Shown here: positions 62,578 to 64,000 of the stretch, one piece after another | Numbering within the stretch: the first letter of the stretch is position 1 | How the letters are laid out: every line of letters starts with the position of its first letter | Source: an uncultured delta proteobacterium | Lineage (GTDB): Bacteria; Myxococcota_A; UBA9160; SZUA-336 | Length of the DNA: 64,000 bases | Direction: 5' to 3' | Assembly: GCA_963704165.1 (NCBI GenBank) | Contig: CAVPHD010000001.1 | Location: 128,001 to 192,000, forward strand | Notes under the pieces: model-generated | What the model was told of the DNA's origin: nothing | Databases searched by the model: none | The model's input: the letters and a program-made list of their open reading frames with translations, nothing else | Translations under genes and position numbers: made by a program

Positions 62578-63927
62578 ATGCGACGATCACAATGGGTGTT
62601 TTCGTTTGCGGTCCTGGTCGCGTTCGGCAGCGCGCCCGTCGCGTCTGCAGAGGTGGCCGCCGGAACGAAGATCACCTCCGCCAATGCGAATCTGGCGCAG
62701 GGCCTGATCCCGGACGAGTTGATTCCGTACGTGATAGACGGCAACGCCGACCTGAACATCACGGTGGCGGATGCCGGGAAGTACACACCGCACGCGGAGT
62801 ACGTGAAGGCCACGGTGGACAACGCGTGCAAGGCGAAGCTCGATGCGAAGGGCTTCCTGGCGAACTACGTCGCCGGTCAGCCGTTCCCGTACTCGGAATG
62901 GGCGAAAGAGGCGACCGGACACAAGTGTGATCTGACGCCGGACGATCCTCAGTTCGCACTGAAGCTGGCTTGGAACGTGAACTTCCGCTGGCAGGGTGGC
63001 TCGGGACTGAACCTGCCTCACTGGGGGTTCAGCAACATGCGCAACAACGGCAAGGAAGTCTGGCGCATCGCTCAGGGCGAATATCGCCGCACCTACTTCT
63101 CCCATCGTGCCGATCTCTTGCCCGCGACGACGAAGCTCGTCGAAGGCACCGACATCGAGTGGGCCGAGTTCTTCGACGTGAAGACCCCCTTCGATCTTCG
63201 CGGCACGATGTTCCTGCTGTACCGCTACGACGTCGAGAACAAGGAAGACGACACCTGGGCGTACATTCCGGCTCTACGCCGCGTGCGCCGCATCGCCGCC
63301 ACGCAGAAGTCGGACTCCCTGCTCGGCACCGAGTTCACGCTCGAGGACTTCTACATCTTCGCCGGCTACGTCTGGGATCATCAGTGGGAGTTCAAGGGCG
63401 AATCGACGAAGCTCGGCGTCATCAACTCCAAGCGGAACTGCTTCCCGAGCGTGATCCCCGGCTCGACCGCAACCGGTGGCGCGGTCAGCATGGTGCGACT
63501 GGGAACGGACGACGAGTGGTACACCTGCAAGTTCGCCCCGTACAACGCTCTCCCGTTCGCGGGCGAGACCTTCGAGAAGCGCACCGCGTTCCAGCTCGAC
63601 GACATCCCGCGGCAGAAGGGTCACCCCTACAGCCGCAAGATGATCTGGTACGACAAGGAAACGATGATGCCGTTCTACTCGATCATGTACGACCGCGCGG
63701 GCAAGCCGTACCGGATCATCGGCAGCGTCTTCAAGTGGAGCGAGGACAGCCCGGTGCCGGAGAACAAGGGCCGCAGGGCGGCGAACTACTCGCACATCAT
63801 GGTCGTCAACGTGCAGAACGGGAATTCGCACACCGGCCAGTTCGACAACGCGAACGCGATGGAGTTCGACGCCGGTGCGAGCCGCAGGTACTACGACACC
63901 ACGCGGTTGAAGACCCTGGGTCGGTAG
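62578..63927 (+). CDS. DUF1329 domain periplasmic protein (LolA-like fold)
   Basis: Signal peptide, ITSAN, GQPFP, PFDLRG, WAYIPALRRVRRI, HPYSRK, YDRAGK. Confidence 0.88.
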   Translation: MRRSQWVFSFAVLVAFGSAPVASAEVAAGTKITSANANLAQGLIPDELIPYVIDGNADLNITVADAGKYTPHAEYVKATVDNACKAKLDAKGFLANYVAGQPFPYSEWAKEATGHKCDLTPDDPQFALKLAWNVNFRWQGGSGLNLPHWGFSNMRNNGKEVWRIAQGEYRRTYFSHRADLLPATTKLVEGTDIEWAEFFDVKTPFDLRGTMFLLYRYDVENKEDDTWAYIPALRRVRRIAATQKSDSLLGTEFTLEDFYIFAGYVWDHQWEFKGESTKLGVINSKRNCFPSVIPGSTATGGAVSMVRLGTDDEWYTCKFAPYNALPFAGETFEKRTAFQLDDIPRQKGHPYSRKMIWYDKETMMPFYSIMYDRAGKPYRIIGSVFKWSEDSPVPENKGRRAANYSHIMVVNVQNGNSHTGQFDNANAMEFDAGASRRYYDTTRLKTLGR

Positions 63928-63954
63928 AGGCCGGACGACCGACTCCGCTCATTC

Positions 63955-63988
63955 GCGGCCCGCTGCGACTCCGGTTGCAGCGGGCCGC
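63955..63988 (+). terminator. Stem-loop terminator after the DUF1329 gene
   Basis: gcggcccgctgcgac-tccg-gttgcagcgggccgc followed by tgctattt. Confidence 0.7.
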
Positions 63989-64000
63989 TGCTATTTCGGG

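Overview
High-GC bacterial chromosomal window, densely coding, with about 58 genes. The gene content (PEP-CTERM protein, TMTC-like glycosyltransferase, many acyl-CoA enzymes, DUF1302/DUF1329 cluster) suggests a Myxococcota-like organism; this is inference only. By eye I see no rRNA, tRNA, CRISPR array, integrase or transposase. From left to right: a moaD-aor-moeA-moeA tungsto/molybdo-enzyme operon running off the left edge; speA; a rhodanese/TauE sulfur cluster; prlC; etfBA; gltA; an acyltransferase-glutaredoxin-GspE-Ycf46-type AAA operon; msrPQ coupled to a Pat/MddA-type acetyltransferase; a PEP-CTERM protein beside an AraC regulator; CoA-dependent catabolic genes; fumC; an arsR-arsC-acr3 operon; and a DUF1302/lipoprotein/MMPL/YCF48/DUF1329 envelope transport cluster. 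Best candidates for something new: (1) a glutathione-synthetase-like ATP-grasp ligase carrying a Cys triad, translationally coupled as the fourth gene of the ars operon and hidden by a frameshift; (2) an oversized MMPL/RND transporter with a NusA-AR/RadA-like helix-hairpin-helix inserted in a predicted periplasmic loop; (3) about ten genes with a -10-like hexamer 6-8 nt before the start codon, suggesting widespread leaderless transcription. Frameshifts cluster at 17.1-19.2 kb, 38.1-39.7 kb, 41.4-44.6 kb and 51.6 kb and are most likely long-read consensus errors. All family calls come from motif recognition by eye, not database searches.
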